A stretch of DNA of 64,000 nucleotides from NCBI RefSeq assembly GCF_006345805.1, contig NC_043008.1, positions 58,094,001 to 58,158,000 of the forward strand. The letters run 5' to 3'. A model generated the notes under the pieces. It was not told where the DNA came from, did not search any database, and worked only from the letters and a program-made list of their open reading frames with translations. The stretch comes from Octopus sinensis (Eukaryota). Made by a program: the position numbers and the translations under genes. Positions 52,057 to 64,000 of this stretch are shown here, piece after piece (positions within the stretch are counted from its first letter, which is position 1; each line of letters starts with the position of its first letter).

Positions 52057-52639
52057 TGTGTGTGTGTGTGTATGTGTTTGCATTCGTATATGTATATATT
52101 TACATATATACATGTATATATATATATATATATATATGTATTTATATACGCATATATATACACACATATATGCATTTATATATATATGTACCTAAGTATG
52201 TATGTATCTTTCTTTCTCCCTCTCTCGCTCTCTCTCTCTATATATATATCCAATAAAAGTAGAATCAACAAAAAAGTGCTCCATCCACTAAGAGATAAAT
52301 ATCATTCTAATGCACAATTACGAACAATTACGAAGGAGCTACCAGTAGTTTCATGCTTAGCGATACATGTGGTTTATTAGGAAATGCTTATCTAAAAGAG
52401 ACAGGAATTTCTTTGACTACGTTAATTTTAACATGTAGCGACGCTCTTTATCCTCTTGGTGATTTTGGATAAAAAATTATACAAATGAGTCCTTTGAATT
52501 TAACTAAATTCTATATTTTTATGCAGCTGAAGATTGCTCTACATTTTAAATTGATGTAACGTTTCCATTGTTCAATTAAATGGAGTCGCATGAAGCGATC
52601 ATACTGCATTACCTCTGGATATCCTTGTTGCTTATTTTG

Positions 52640-52673
<34 letters not shown>

Positions 52674-52734
52674 ATCTATATATATATATATATATATATA
52701 TGATGAATATATATTATAAATACATACGCGCATT

Positions 52735-52782
<48 letters not shown>

Positions 52783-52789
52783 ATCTATC

Positions 52790-52821
<32 letters not shown>

Positions 52822-52824
52822 CTA

Positions 52825-52904
<80 letters not shown>

Positions 52905-52905
52905 C

Positions 52906-52947
<42 letters not shown>

Positions 52948-53862
52948 GCCTGCTGCCTGCCTGCCTGCCTGTCTGTTTGTCTGACTGTCTCTGCCGAAGG
53001 TTGTTTTTAACTCCAAATTTATACTATACATCTCTAATCAACTTATTTAAACAGATATCTGGTGTTCCAATGCGATTCTCCATCAATTTCGAAAATATAC
53101 AAATACACTAGTAGCAACACGGCACAGGAAGAGAAGAAAAATGGAGAAAAATTTAAACTTATTGTTATGGATACTGCAGAAGCATTTGTTTACCACGAAT
53201 TAAAGAGGCAACTCGCTAAGAGCAACAACATCTTTGCTGGATAGTCTGTTTAAGAATTTTTATCTCACGAAAGCTGCTGAATGAAGAAAGGTCAACGTGG
53301 GGATACAACCTTGAGCGAAAGACTGAAGTACGAAAGTAACTCTGAAGTCTTGCAATAGACTTTGTACTATCAGTATTGTTTTTGTTTTTGTAATATTGAT
53401 ATATAAGTAAACAATTCCCTTGTCGAGAGCATGTAAATTATATGGTCTATCCCATATTCGCTCTGCACGACTTACTTTATTATTTGGTGTATGTATGTAT
53501 GTATTGAAGGATGCATAGACGGATGTATATATGTGGTGTATATATATATATATGTATATATATATATTTATATATATATGTATATATGTATATATATATT
53601 TATATGTATATATGTATATATATGTGTATATATATATGTATATACATATGTATATATATATGTTTATATATATATATATGTATATATATGCATTTATTAT
53701 ATATATGTATATATTATATATTATATGAATATGTATTCATATATATGTATATGCATATATATAATATATATATATGTATATGCATATGTATATGTATATA
53801 GATATGTATGTATATGCATGCATATATATGTATATATATGTAGATGTGCATATATTTGTATA

Positions 53863-53929
<67 letters not shown>

Positions 53930-53946
53930 CGTATATGTATATATGC

Positions 53947-53985
<39 letters not shown>

Positions 53986-54034
53986 TTTTTGTAGTTTCAG
54001 CTCAGAGCTGTGGCCATGCTGGGGCACCGCCGTT

Positions 54035-54640
54035 TTGCTGTACTGTTATTACTGGGAGCCTCCTCTAATATGTGGCACTTGCTGAAGAATGGTGTTTGAT
54101 GTTGCTACCCTCATTTTCACCTCTTGACGTGTTGTAGGATTATCTTGGACTCTCGACAGGAAGAGGTCCAGTTTTTATTTGAAAATATCTACATCCAGTT
54201 TGTGTAGGTCCCCCAGGCACTTTGGGGGAATATTAAAAATCTGGGGGCCCCTGAAACTCAGGCTGTTGCAGTAACTGGTCCTGAAGCGCGATGGCATTGC
54301 TGGGATCTTTGACACTGTGCAGTGTCGACCCATTCTGGCATTGGTGTAGCTTTCAATGCCAAAATTTGACACAATTCCTTCCAGGATCTTCTAGATGTTT
54401 ATTACTGCATACCTCTCCCGCCTTCGCTCAAAGGAGTAGAGTCTTAGCTGTTTCAGCCTTTCCCGGTAGCTAAGCTGTTGCAATGAGACGATCTTTGTGA
54501 AGCTTCGCTGGATTGCTTCAAGGTCCGCTGTTAATTTTACACTGTTGGGTGACCATAGCTGGGAGCAGTAATCCAGGTGACTGAGGACGAATGTCCTTCA
54601 GAGGATTGTTAGGGCTTCAGGGTTATCGCCGACACGGTAG
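54035..54640 (-). mobile_element. CR1-group LINE 3' fragment
   Basis: Minus frame RTFVLSHLDYCSQLWSP...LEAIQRSFTK...LSYRERLKQLRLYSFERRRER...GPQIFN. Confidence 0.85.
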
Positions 54641-55524
54641 TTATGGAGCCATTGTAGATTTAAGATATAACGGATATATAATTCTTAAAAAGGACAACAA
54701 ACGTTAAGGTAAGGCAAACATCTAAAGTCATATACATTATTATTATTGGAAAAACAGTTTAAAGGCTTACAGCTTTTTCTGGGATTTGTCAGAGTATGGG
54801 ATATGCCAGAGTATGGGATATTCCGTCATCGGAGACATATAGGGAAATGAGAAGGATATAAATTAATGAAATGACGACATAGAGGATTGGAGTAAAGGAA
54901 TAAGGAGATGAAGAAAGAGAAGAAAAACGAAGCGTAATAGTTTACAGTTTAACTTTCCGATCTTGTAGAAATAAGTTCATAAGTCCCTAAGTGCAATCCT
55001 GCGTAGATACATCTAGGTTAAAGTCCTGATATTGTAAACATCCAGAAAAAAGAAGAGAGCATATCAACGTTCAATAACAGAATGGTAGCGGAGGTGGCTA
55101 TTAAGTGGTAAAAATGAAAGAAAAGTAAATAAATAGAAAGAGAGGTAGATAGAGTGAGGGGGGAGTTAAGGATTGGCGTTAAGGATAAAGTAAGGTACAT
55201 AAACATATAGGCTCTAAGAATATAGTGTACAAAGATAGCCAAAAAGATAAGAGGGAGGGGAGGAGGTAGAGGAAGATGGCGTAAAAATAAGCAAAATAGA
55301 GCAAAATGGAAGGAATTTAAAGAGAGTAGTAGGTGTCAGTGGTATTCTTCTATTCTATAGGGGTTGGAGAGGAAATCTAGTAGTAAATACTTGTGTCCGT
55401 TCTGGCTAAGGTCAGTGGCTGTAGAGTTATTTTTAGCAATGGGTTATGGGTTTGTAGGTAGTCGTGAATGGAGAAACTAGTTGAATGTCAAACTATTTTG
55501 GAGTAGGAGTCAGAATTAAATATT

Positions 55525-55840
55525 AGGGGAGGTATTGTTTTCAGTCGTGTTTGTTTGTTTGTCCGTGGCCAGATATATCAAGAAACGCTGGGTGGATTCG
55601 GCACGAACTGATTAGATTTTGGGATCGATCCGATACCAGACAAAGATTCTGGATTATTTTTCCGTTTTCTTCTTTTTACTTAATTTTTGAGAGCGGTCGG
55701 GTTCAATTTTAGAATTTCTGGTTTGTGAGAGCAGTCGAGTTTATTTCAGATATTCTCATTTTAAAAAATCATCTCTGGCTAATCGTTGAGAGGATGTTGG
55801 TGTTGCCTTGGCGGAGGTTTGCGCTCTCTGAGTGCTCTTA
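55525..55840 (+). mobile_element. HINE/DINE-1-like (Helentron-associated) non-autonomous element
   Basis: (GTTT)n core near the 5' end and CCTTGGCGGAGGTTTGCGCTCTCTGAGTGCT 3' end. Confidence 0.5.
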
Positions 55841-57167
55841 TTATTATCATTAGTACTTATTTTTACCTGCATGTTTGTTACAATCACTTGCCGAGACACA
55901 CCTAGCGTCCTAGGGCGAGTGAAGGATAACTTCATGACTGAAAGCTTGGGGAGGGGAAGTGGTAGGGGGAAGTAGCGAAATATCTTCATGTAATACAACA
56001 CAGGCATTTAGCTGGATAGGGTTTTTCTAAGGATGTGGACAGTACTTGTCAGCACAATCTTTTGGATTTCTCTGAGACATGGTTCTTCTGGGATTATCCA
56101 GATATCTTTTATCCCTTTCTTATCATACGCAGGGCACCCACAATCACTGTATCGACCAGACTATCGAACGTTGTTATTCACCGCTAGTCATAATGCGTTT
56201 CCTCGCATTGCTGTAGCTTTTCGAATGATGCCACCCTGTAGGCTTGGCGGGCTGACCAACATTCCCTCTGAACAGGAGGGCAGTCTGCCGCAGGGAGCAA
56301 CGTGAAATGAAGTATTTTGCTCAAGACTGCAACGCACCACTTGCCTGGGAATCGAAACCCGAACCTGCGACCGTGAGTGAAAACCCAAACATTAGGCTAC
56401 GCGCTTTCAATACACACACACACCACACACACACACACCACACACACGCACGCACACACACACACACACATACAAATACATAGACACATATACACACACT
56501 AACACACACATATACTTTCACATGCATACGTGAACATACAAAGATAGTGTACATACGACACACACACACATGAAATGAAGAGCGGAAGTGAGAGAACAAA
56601 AAGAAAGGGAGGGGAGAGAGAGTGAGAGAGAAAGAGATAAAGTGAGACAGAGGGGAAGAGAGAGAAAATGTATATGTGTGTGTGTATGTGTATATGAATT
56701 AATGATTTAAAACGTATCTCTTCCGCTACTTTTCAAATTGTTCATTGAAATAATTTTAGTAACATTATGGTTCACATATTATACATTTGAAAATGTCTAA
56801 TTGCATTCTGGAAACATTCCCATTAGTAATAACAGCTTTCAGTTATGCAACGTTTGCTTACAAAGGTAAATGGCGGTCTGTAACAAGAAAGAACAGCAGC
56901 GTTTAATCTGAGAAATTTCAAATTGCATTCTAAATAGTTAAAACGTTATGCTCGAAAATTGCGGAGTTTTGGAGCTCTACATTGAAAGAGGGTCCAGAGA
57001 TAGTCTCAACTGCGCAGTTTGGTGTTGCATTGCATTTTGGAATGACGAATATATCCATATGGAGTGGTCAACACGGGATGCTTATATGGAATCAGCTCCA
57101 GTGGTCTCAGTGGAAGCGCTGCAGTACTTTATATCTAAATATATTTGCTTATCTACCACTCAGGATA

Positions 57168-57565
57168 TGTGGCTGTGTGGTAAGTAGCTTGCTAACCAAC
57201 CACATGGTTCCGGGTTCAGTCCCACTGCGTGGCATCTTGGGCAAGTGTCTTCTGCTATAGCCCCGGGCCGACCAATGCCTTGTGAGTGGATTTGGTAGAC
57301 GGAAACTGAAAGAAGCCTGTCGTATATATGTATATATATATATATGTGTGTGTGTTTGTGTGTCTGTGTTTGTCCCCCTAGCATTGCTTGACAACCGATG
57401 CTGGTGTGTTTGCGTCCCCGTCACTTAGCGGTTCGGCAAAAAGAGACCGATAGAATAAGTACTGGGCTTACAAAGAATAAGTTCTGGGGTTGATTCGCTC
57501 GACTAAAGATGGTGCTCCAGCATGGCCACAGTCAAGTGACTGAAACAAGTAAAAGAATAAAAAAG
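57168..57565 (+). mobile_element. SINE family A, CpG-retaining
   Basis: Full head and tail. Confidence 0.9.
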
Positions 57566-57702
57566 AATAATTATATATATATATACTATATTATATATAT
57601 ATTATAATAATCCCCATAAAAAAAAAAAAAAACAGCACAAGAAAAAATAAACAAAACGCGAGGACGTGGTACATTGCAGACGCTCAAGGAAGGAAAAAAG
57701 TA

Positions 57703-57736
57703 GTTTTACTTTTCGAGCAAATCTCTTCTCAGAAAC
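57703..57736 (-). ncRNA. Degenerate minimal hammerhead motif
   Basis: GUUU-CUGA-GA-A-GAG auuug CUC-GAA-AAGU-A^AAAC; N7 deleted, helix III mutated, stem I 4 bp. Confidence 0.4.
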
Positions 57737-57827
57737 AGGAGACAGAGGTAAGTCCAAGAGAAAAGGAGGACGGAGGCAAAAAAAAGTCGCCAGCGATCCA
57801 CATGTACTTACACACACACCGCAACGC

Positions 57828-57928
<101 letters not shown>

Positions 57929-58101
57929 CACACACATATAGAAGCTACTACTTCTTTCAGTTTCCATCTGGAAAATCAAAATCCACTCACAGGGCTTTGG
58001 TTGGCCTGGGTGCCGCGCATTGGAACTGAGCCTGAGACCACATGGCCACATTGTTGGGAAGCAAGCCTGTCAATCACCTAACAAATTCCTTTGTTCTAAT
58101 A

Positions 58102-58349
58102 CAGTGGTTTCAACCATTTTTTGCTATGTACACCTCTGATTCCTATCTTACTCTGAGAACCTTCATAGCCATTCAATGTTTGAAAGATCATATATTTTTA
58201 TAATGAAATATTATGAGGAATTGTATTAAAAAATGGTCAAAATATTTCATGTATTGCAGAAGTGTAACAAATTCATTGCAGAGTAATTTTAACAGCAAAA
58301 TTTTATGTGGCCCACCAAGGGCCATATGAACCCCAGGTGAGAGCGACTG
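58102..58349. mobile_element. hAT-Charlie-like MITE remnant
   Basis: CAGTGGTTTCAACC ... GGTGAGAGCGACTG imperfect TIRs. Confidence 0.45.
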
Positions 58350-58859
58350 GAACGCGGCCGTGTTATCAACAGCATACCGAGTGTATAATGAAGCTTATTA
58401 AATTTGTTTTTCCCACATAAATATAGGGGGTTTCTTTATGCGAGCGTGCGCGTTACACGTCGGAAATTACGGTATGGTACCAGTCATATATTAGAGCCAA
58501 TTTAATGAATGACATTCCCTTTGCCATAAAATCAATTGTGGATTTGTGTCAATGTTAGAAATCCTTTCTACTATAGGCACAAGGCACTTATTTTATCGGC
58601 CCTGAAAGAATGAAAGGCAAAGTCGACCTCAGCGGTCTTTGAACTCAGAACTTAAAGACAGACGAAATGTCGCTAAGCATTTTGTCCGGCGTGCTAACGA
58701 TTCTGCCAGCTCACCGGTGGGGTAACGATTCTTTCTTGGTCGCTATCTTTATACGATCTAAAATAGAAAGGCCAGCACTTTCGGAAGAGGGGTTAACTCG
58801 ATTACATCGACTCTAGTGTTCAGCTGATACTTATTTTGTCGATCCCGAAAGGATGAAAG

Positions 58860-59290
58860 GTAAAGTCGACTTAGGCGGAATTTGAACTCTTCTTCTTCTT
58901 CTTCTTCTTCTTCTTCTTCTTCTTCTTCTTCTTCCTTCATCATCATTATCCTCATCATTTCCTCCTCCGCTCCTCCTCTCCTTCCCCCTCCTCCTAAGAA
59001 TAAGAATAAGAATAAGTCGACTTAGGCGGAGTTTGAACTCTTCTTCTTCTTCTTCTTCTTCTTCTTCTTCTTCTTCTTCCTTCATCATCATTATCCTCAT
59101 TATTTCCTCCCCCGCTCCTCCTCTCCTTCCCCCTCCTCCTCTCCTTACCCTCCTCCTAAGAATAAGAATAAGAATAAGTCGACTTAGGCGGAATTTGAAC
59201 TCTTCTTCTTCTTCTTCTTCTTCTTCTTCTTTTTCTTCTTCTTCTTCTTCTTCTTCTTTTTCGTCTTCTTCTTCTTCTTCTCCTATAGAG
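58860..59290. repeat. Three tandem units of SINE fragment + (TTC)n + (AATAAG)n
   Basis: AAGTCGACTTAGGCGGA(A/G)TTTGAACTC at about 58862, 59013 and 59176. Confidence 0.85.
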
Positions 59291-59944
59291 ATATTTAGTT
59301 GCCATATCTAGCAGATCAAACCACCACTTATCGGGGGTTACTCGTTGGCTCGAAAGGGACTGGTATTGCTGGTTTGCGTTTATGGGGGAGTTTGCATGAA
59401 AGCTTCCATTGCTCTTCTCGTGGCACCATAACATTTTGCTTAGAAAAATATTCAAAAACACGAAATAATCGTTTAAAAACCAGCCGACACTGACAACATT
59501 CTATTGTACTGAAAATATTACACAGCACATTTGATTAGGCATCTTAATTTGACATCTTAATGAGAAATATCCATCAATTTAACGGATAGGAATTAGTGTT
59601 TTTTGCTTAAACAAAGACATGATAGTAGGGGAGGTAATTATTGGTTGAGTACTCCCCCTTGTTTCTTTAAATCTGGGAAATGATGAAACCTGTAGCAACT
59701 ATTCTCGCATTTCATAGAATATGATTTTACACGCTCTTATTATTATCAATAGAGAGCAATCATTTTGTTTCTAATAGCAAACAAAGAAACTGACTTTTGT
59801 TTTTGTAAATAAATCCAGAAGCCCCAACTTTTTTTACACCGGTTTCATGAAAGTCATTTTGACCAGAGAAACACACACATAAAACATTTTATAGCGTTTA
59901 ATATATAATTTAAATATTATATCTACAATACATAAATATATCAT

Positions 59945-60332
59945 ACATATGGATGGAAGCACTCCGTCGGTTACGACGAAGAGGGTTACGGTTGATCCGA
60001 TCAACGGAACAGCCTGCTCATGAAATTAACGTGTAAGTGGCTGAACATTCCACAGACACGTGTACCCTTAACGTAGTTCTCGGGGATATTCAGCGTGACA
60101 CAAGAGAGTGACAAGGCCGGCCCTTTGAAGTACAGGTACAACAGAAACAGGAAGTAAGAGAAAGTTGTGAAAGAGTACAGCAGGGATCACCACCAATCCC
60201 CTGCCGGAGCCTCGTGGAGCTTTAGGTGTTTTCGCTCAATAAACACTCACAACGCCCGGTCTGGGAATCGAAACCGCGATCCTACGACCGCGAGTCCTCT
60301 GCCCTAACCACTGGGCCATTGCGTATCCACCA
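59945..60332 (-). mobile_element. tRNA-derived SINE (core Y, tail 1)
   Basis: Head and core shared with 24436 and 62315; tail shared with 4600-4925. Confidence 0.8.
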
Positions 60333-60648
60333 TCATACATATATAATTCTTTCGACTATAGAAACAGATCATATTATATTTTTATAATGAAATATTATGA
60401 GGAATTGTATTAAAAAAGGGTCAAAATATTTCAGGTATTGTAGAAGTGTAACAAATTTATTGCAGAGTAATTTTAACAGCAAAATTTTATATGGCCCACC
60501 AAGGGCCATATGAACCCCAGGTGAGAACGACTGGAACGCGGCCGTATTACCGACAGCATATGGAGTGTATAATGAAGCATATTAAATTTGTTTTTCCCAC
60601 ATATACAGAATTAGTGTGGCCTAATATGATAAATCTAGGATTTTAAAA

Positions 60649-60687
60649 ATTACAGTCAGAATCCATCAGATGGATTCTGACTGTAAT
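60649..60687. repeat. Perfect 19-bp-arm palindrome with 1-nt spacer
   Basis: ATTACAGTCAGAATCCATC-A-GATGGATTCTGACTGTAAT. Confidence 0.95.
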
Positions 60688-61065
60688 AGAGGCCTGATAT
60701 TTTGAGGGATGGCTCTAGTCAATAAAATATATACCAGTGCTCAACTGGTACCTATTTTATCGACCGAGAAAGAACGAAAGGCAGTTAACTTCGGCGGTAT
60801 TTGAACTCAGAGCGTAAAGACGGACGGAGTGCCGCTAAGCATTTTGACCGGCGTGCTAACGACTCTGCCAGCACACTGTTTTAAAGAATAGATATATAAT
60901 ACAAAAACACCATGCATACTGCGAAAGCTGATGAAATAGAAATAAAATTATAAAATTTATTCTTTCTTTGCGGCTCGTTGATAGGAGACCTCTATATTAA
61001 TCCACACTATAGCGCTTTGCATTGGTCAGACATTAGTCAGACGTTAGTTTGACCAATGCGAAGCT

Positions 61066-61900
61066 AAGGTGGTAAGCTGGCAGAATCGTTGGAAACGCCG
61101 GACGAACTGCTTGGCGTATTTCGTGCGTCGTAACGTTCTGAGTTCAAATTCTGCCGAGGTCGACTTTGCCTTTCATCTTTTCGGGGTCGATAGAATTAGT
61201 ACCAGTTGAACACTAAAATTGCTGCCCTCGTGGCAAAATTTGAAACCATTATTATTATTATTAAAGGCAGCGAGCTGGCACACTCGTTAGTACGGCGGGC
61301 GAATTGCTTAGCGGTATTTCGTCCGTCTTGGCGTTCTGAGTTCAAATTCCGCCGAGGTCGACTTTGCCTTTCATCCTTTCGGGGTCGATTAAATAAGTAC
61401 CAGTTACGCACTGGGGTCGATGTAATCGACTTAATCCGTTTGTCTGTCCTTGTTTGTCCCCTCTGTGTTTAGCCCCTTGTGGGTATTAAAGAAAAAGGTA
61501 TTCGTCTGCCGCTACGTTCTGAGTTCAAATTGCGCCGAGGTCGACTTTGCCTCTCATCCTTTCGGGGTCGATTAAATAAGTACCAGTTACGCACTGGGGT
61601 CGATGTAAACGACTTAATCCGTTTGTCTGTCCTTGTTTGTCTCCTCTGTGTTTAGCCCCTTGTGGGCAGTAAAAAAATAGGTATTTCGTCTGCCGCTACG
61701 TTCTGAGTTCAAATTGCGTCGAGGTCGACTTTGCCTCTCATCCTTTCGGGGTCGATAAATTAAGTACCAGTTGAACACTGGGGTCGATAAAATCGAATCA
61801 TCCCCCTCCCCTAAAAAATTACTGCCCTTGTGGCAAAATTTGAAACCATTACTATTATTATTATTATTATTAAAGGCAGCGAGCTGGCACACTCGTTAGC
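61066..61900 (+). mobile_element. Head-to-tail cluster of SINE family B units
   Basis: CGTTCTGAGTTCAAATT recurs near 61134, 61332, 61515 and 61699 (period about 183 for the last three). Confidence 0.85.
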
Positions 61901-61904
61901 ACGA

Positions 61905-62290
61905 CCCCAAAAGATCCCCACTGGCACATTCTTGTGTCTCATTTTCATGACGCTATAACTAGAATTGCAAGCCATTTGCTCCTTTTCATCCGCTATCAAA
62001 TCTGAAAAGCTGGAGTTCGCAAAGGCATATTTAACCCTATAGAATTTTTCTGTAGACATCGATGGGAAATAATGCTCGATCTCTTCTTCAAGGCGTTGCA
62101 TGAGGGTCATATATGAGGCCGTACATTTCATTTCCCTTCCGAGCCAGAGCTAAAGTTTTGGTTTTGGATGCAGATATTTGATTTAGTTGGGAGGGTATTG
62201 TTATCGCGGCCCTGCATTGAGCGTTTTCAATTGCGAAGATTCAGGCCAAATTTGCTGACTCTACACACCAGTCATTCTCAGGCTTTGTTT
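61905..62290 (-). mobile_element. hAT Buster/Charlie-like transposase C-terminal remnant
   Basis: SMQGRD.N and LEEEIEHYFP...EKEQM...FW motifs. Confidence 0.65.
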
Positions 62291-62314
62291 CTTTCGGTAA
62301 CAGCAACAACGACG

Positions 62315-62809
62315 GTGGAGGCACAATGGCCCAGTGGTTAGGGCAGCGGACTCACGGTCGTAAGAACGCGGTTTCGATTCCTAGACCGGGAATTGTGAGT
62401 GTTTATTGCGCAAAAACACCTAAGCTCCACGAGGTCCGGCGGGGAGGGGTGAAACCCACTGTACTCTTTCGCCACAACTTTCTCTCACTCTTTCTCCCTA
62501 CTTCTGCCACAAAGCAGAGGAACCATGGTGTAACCCACTATGGTGTGGTAAACTTTCAGACCCTAGTCAAGATTGCGAATCCTCTCTACCCTAGGATGGG
62601 TCTGCTCTCCACCCGTTAAAAGCCTCCGTTTACGAAATGAGGATAACAACGTAGCGTTTGTGCCCGTGCAACCGCCAGTCTATCGCGTGTGGTGAGTGGA
62701 TCTTCAAGTTGCCACACTCATTCTTAGTAGCTTAGAGTGGGCTCAAATTAGAGATTATTCTTTGTGGTTAATGGTGTGAGTCCTGATTGGAAGAAGAAGA
62801 AGAAAGCAA
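62315..62809 (+). mobile_element. Full-length composite SINE (core Y, tail 2) with 11-bp TSD
   Basis: Collinear with 24436-24927; TSD CAACAACGACG at 62304-62314 and 62810-62820. Confidence 0.85.
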
Positions 62810-63199
62810 CAACAACGACGATGATGATGATGACGACAACGACAACACCAACAATAAAAGCAGCAACAACGAAAACCTTAATAGAAATCTGAGGTGTAAG
62901 AAGAACAAGTTCAATGTCCGATTTAAAAGTTTTCTACGAAACCATCCGTGAAATTCGGATTACCGAATTAGCTGGTGCTCTGATTCCATGTCTCGGTAGG
63001 GCAGAGCATACAATTGTACTTTTAGTGACTTTACCCAGAGGAAGTTCACAATATGTTCTGTTTGAATTAGAACCAACGTCAAACCATCTATAAGGGCCAT
63101 CTTGAATAATTCTTCTCCGTTGGTCACCAATCCCACCAGAAACCCTATCATATCTAAAGACTTCATACATTCAAATTTCAGTACAAGAATCCTATCAAA

Positions 63200-63830
63200 T
63201 CTGTATTTCAAAATACCCAGGCGAAGTTTGGAAAATATCTTGTCCTTTGGTACGTTTTAAAAGTTCCTTGCAGAATGGAACTTGTGTAATTATTTCGATA
63301 TGGTATGTCAGATTCTGATATAATCTAGCATCCAATGTCGGTCGAGTCATCAACTTGAATGACAATTTCAGAATTATTCATGCTTTTGGAAATGTACTTC
63401 TCAATATTAGCTGACACATCAACAATTCGTCTTGTAATTGTATTATCAGACGAAGAAATTTTCTCAATTTCTCGTTCAGTATTATCAGCAAAGTTTACAC
63501 AAGCACACTACTGACAGAATGAATCAATTTTCAGCTGTTGTATCTGGTTTTCACCATTGAATAATCAATTCAACCACTTGTTAAAATACAATCAGCATCT
63601 TATCTGAAACTGTCATTCATGTTTCGAAACAAGTTCATTACCATTTCTCCTGTTCTAAAAGTTTCTGAAAATATTGACCATCCTTGTCTTGGCGACATAT
63701 GTCATTTCATCTAGTCTGAGACAATATTGGAATTGCGAAGCTTCTCACTTCAGTTCAAACCCACAGGCCGAGAAGGGCTTTCAGTTTTTCCTCTTCTGCC
63801 TATGAGAAACCATGATTCAATATAACTATA
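63200..63830 (-). mobile_element. hAT Buster/Charlie-like transposase N-terminal/central remnant
   Basis: ISSSDNTITRRIVDVSANIE...IQVDDSTDI and FCKEL..RTKGQDIF motifs with frameshifts. Confidence 0.7.
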
Positions 63831-64000
63831 CGAGCAAACCGCCCCCAGTTCAATGGACGGTGCTGAATCATATCTGTTGAATAAAAAGCAATCAGTGTTT
63901 TCTTTTCATTAAAAAATAATTAAGCATGCCTATATTTCAATAAATTTTTTGGTTTTGTTGAACGAAGTTAAGGCAAAAATAAAAAAAAAAACTTCTTGAG

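Noticed and set aside
56948-57187. ORF with a hydrophobic AVWCCIAFW stretch as GPCR TM4
   Set aside because: No ERY continuation, no TM4 proline pattern and no convincing splice sites.
62934-63170. Protein-like minus ORF MYEVFRYDRVSGG...
   Set aside because: It is embedded in a decayed hAT remnant with upstream stops and no splice support; probably a frameshifted transposon sequence.

Overview
Repeat-dominated, AT-rich eukaryotic DNA whose repeat repertoire points to an octopus genome (inference from tRNA-derived bipartite SINEs with internal microsatellites and dense (TA)n/(CA)n/(TACA)n/(TATC)n tracts). No complete gene is present. Two host exons are supportable: a + strand terminal coding exon of an unidentified gene (968-1215), and a + strand exon encoding TM1-TM3 of a class A peptide GPCR (about 49120-49612, with an apparent -1 frameshift near 49296). 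The rest is SINEs, LINE remnants (RTE, Tx1/L1, CR1, R4/Dong), DNA transposon remnants (mariner, maT/DD37D, hAT-Buster/Charlie, Tc2/pogo-like and piggyBac-like MITEs), non-autonomous Helitrons, local tandem duplications and one 100-N gap. Almost all ORFs in the supplied track are microsatellite artefacts. Main hunt result: at least eight different short elements, several of them fold-back, each carry an intact, decayed or truncated minimal type I hammerhead ribozyme motif, consistent with Penelope-like element termini. One predicts a G3-C8 core variant. A CpG-decay boundary near 28 kb suggests a hidden methylation domain. All alignments and folds were done by eye, and repeat boundaries are approximate.
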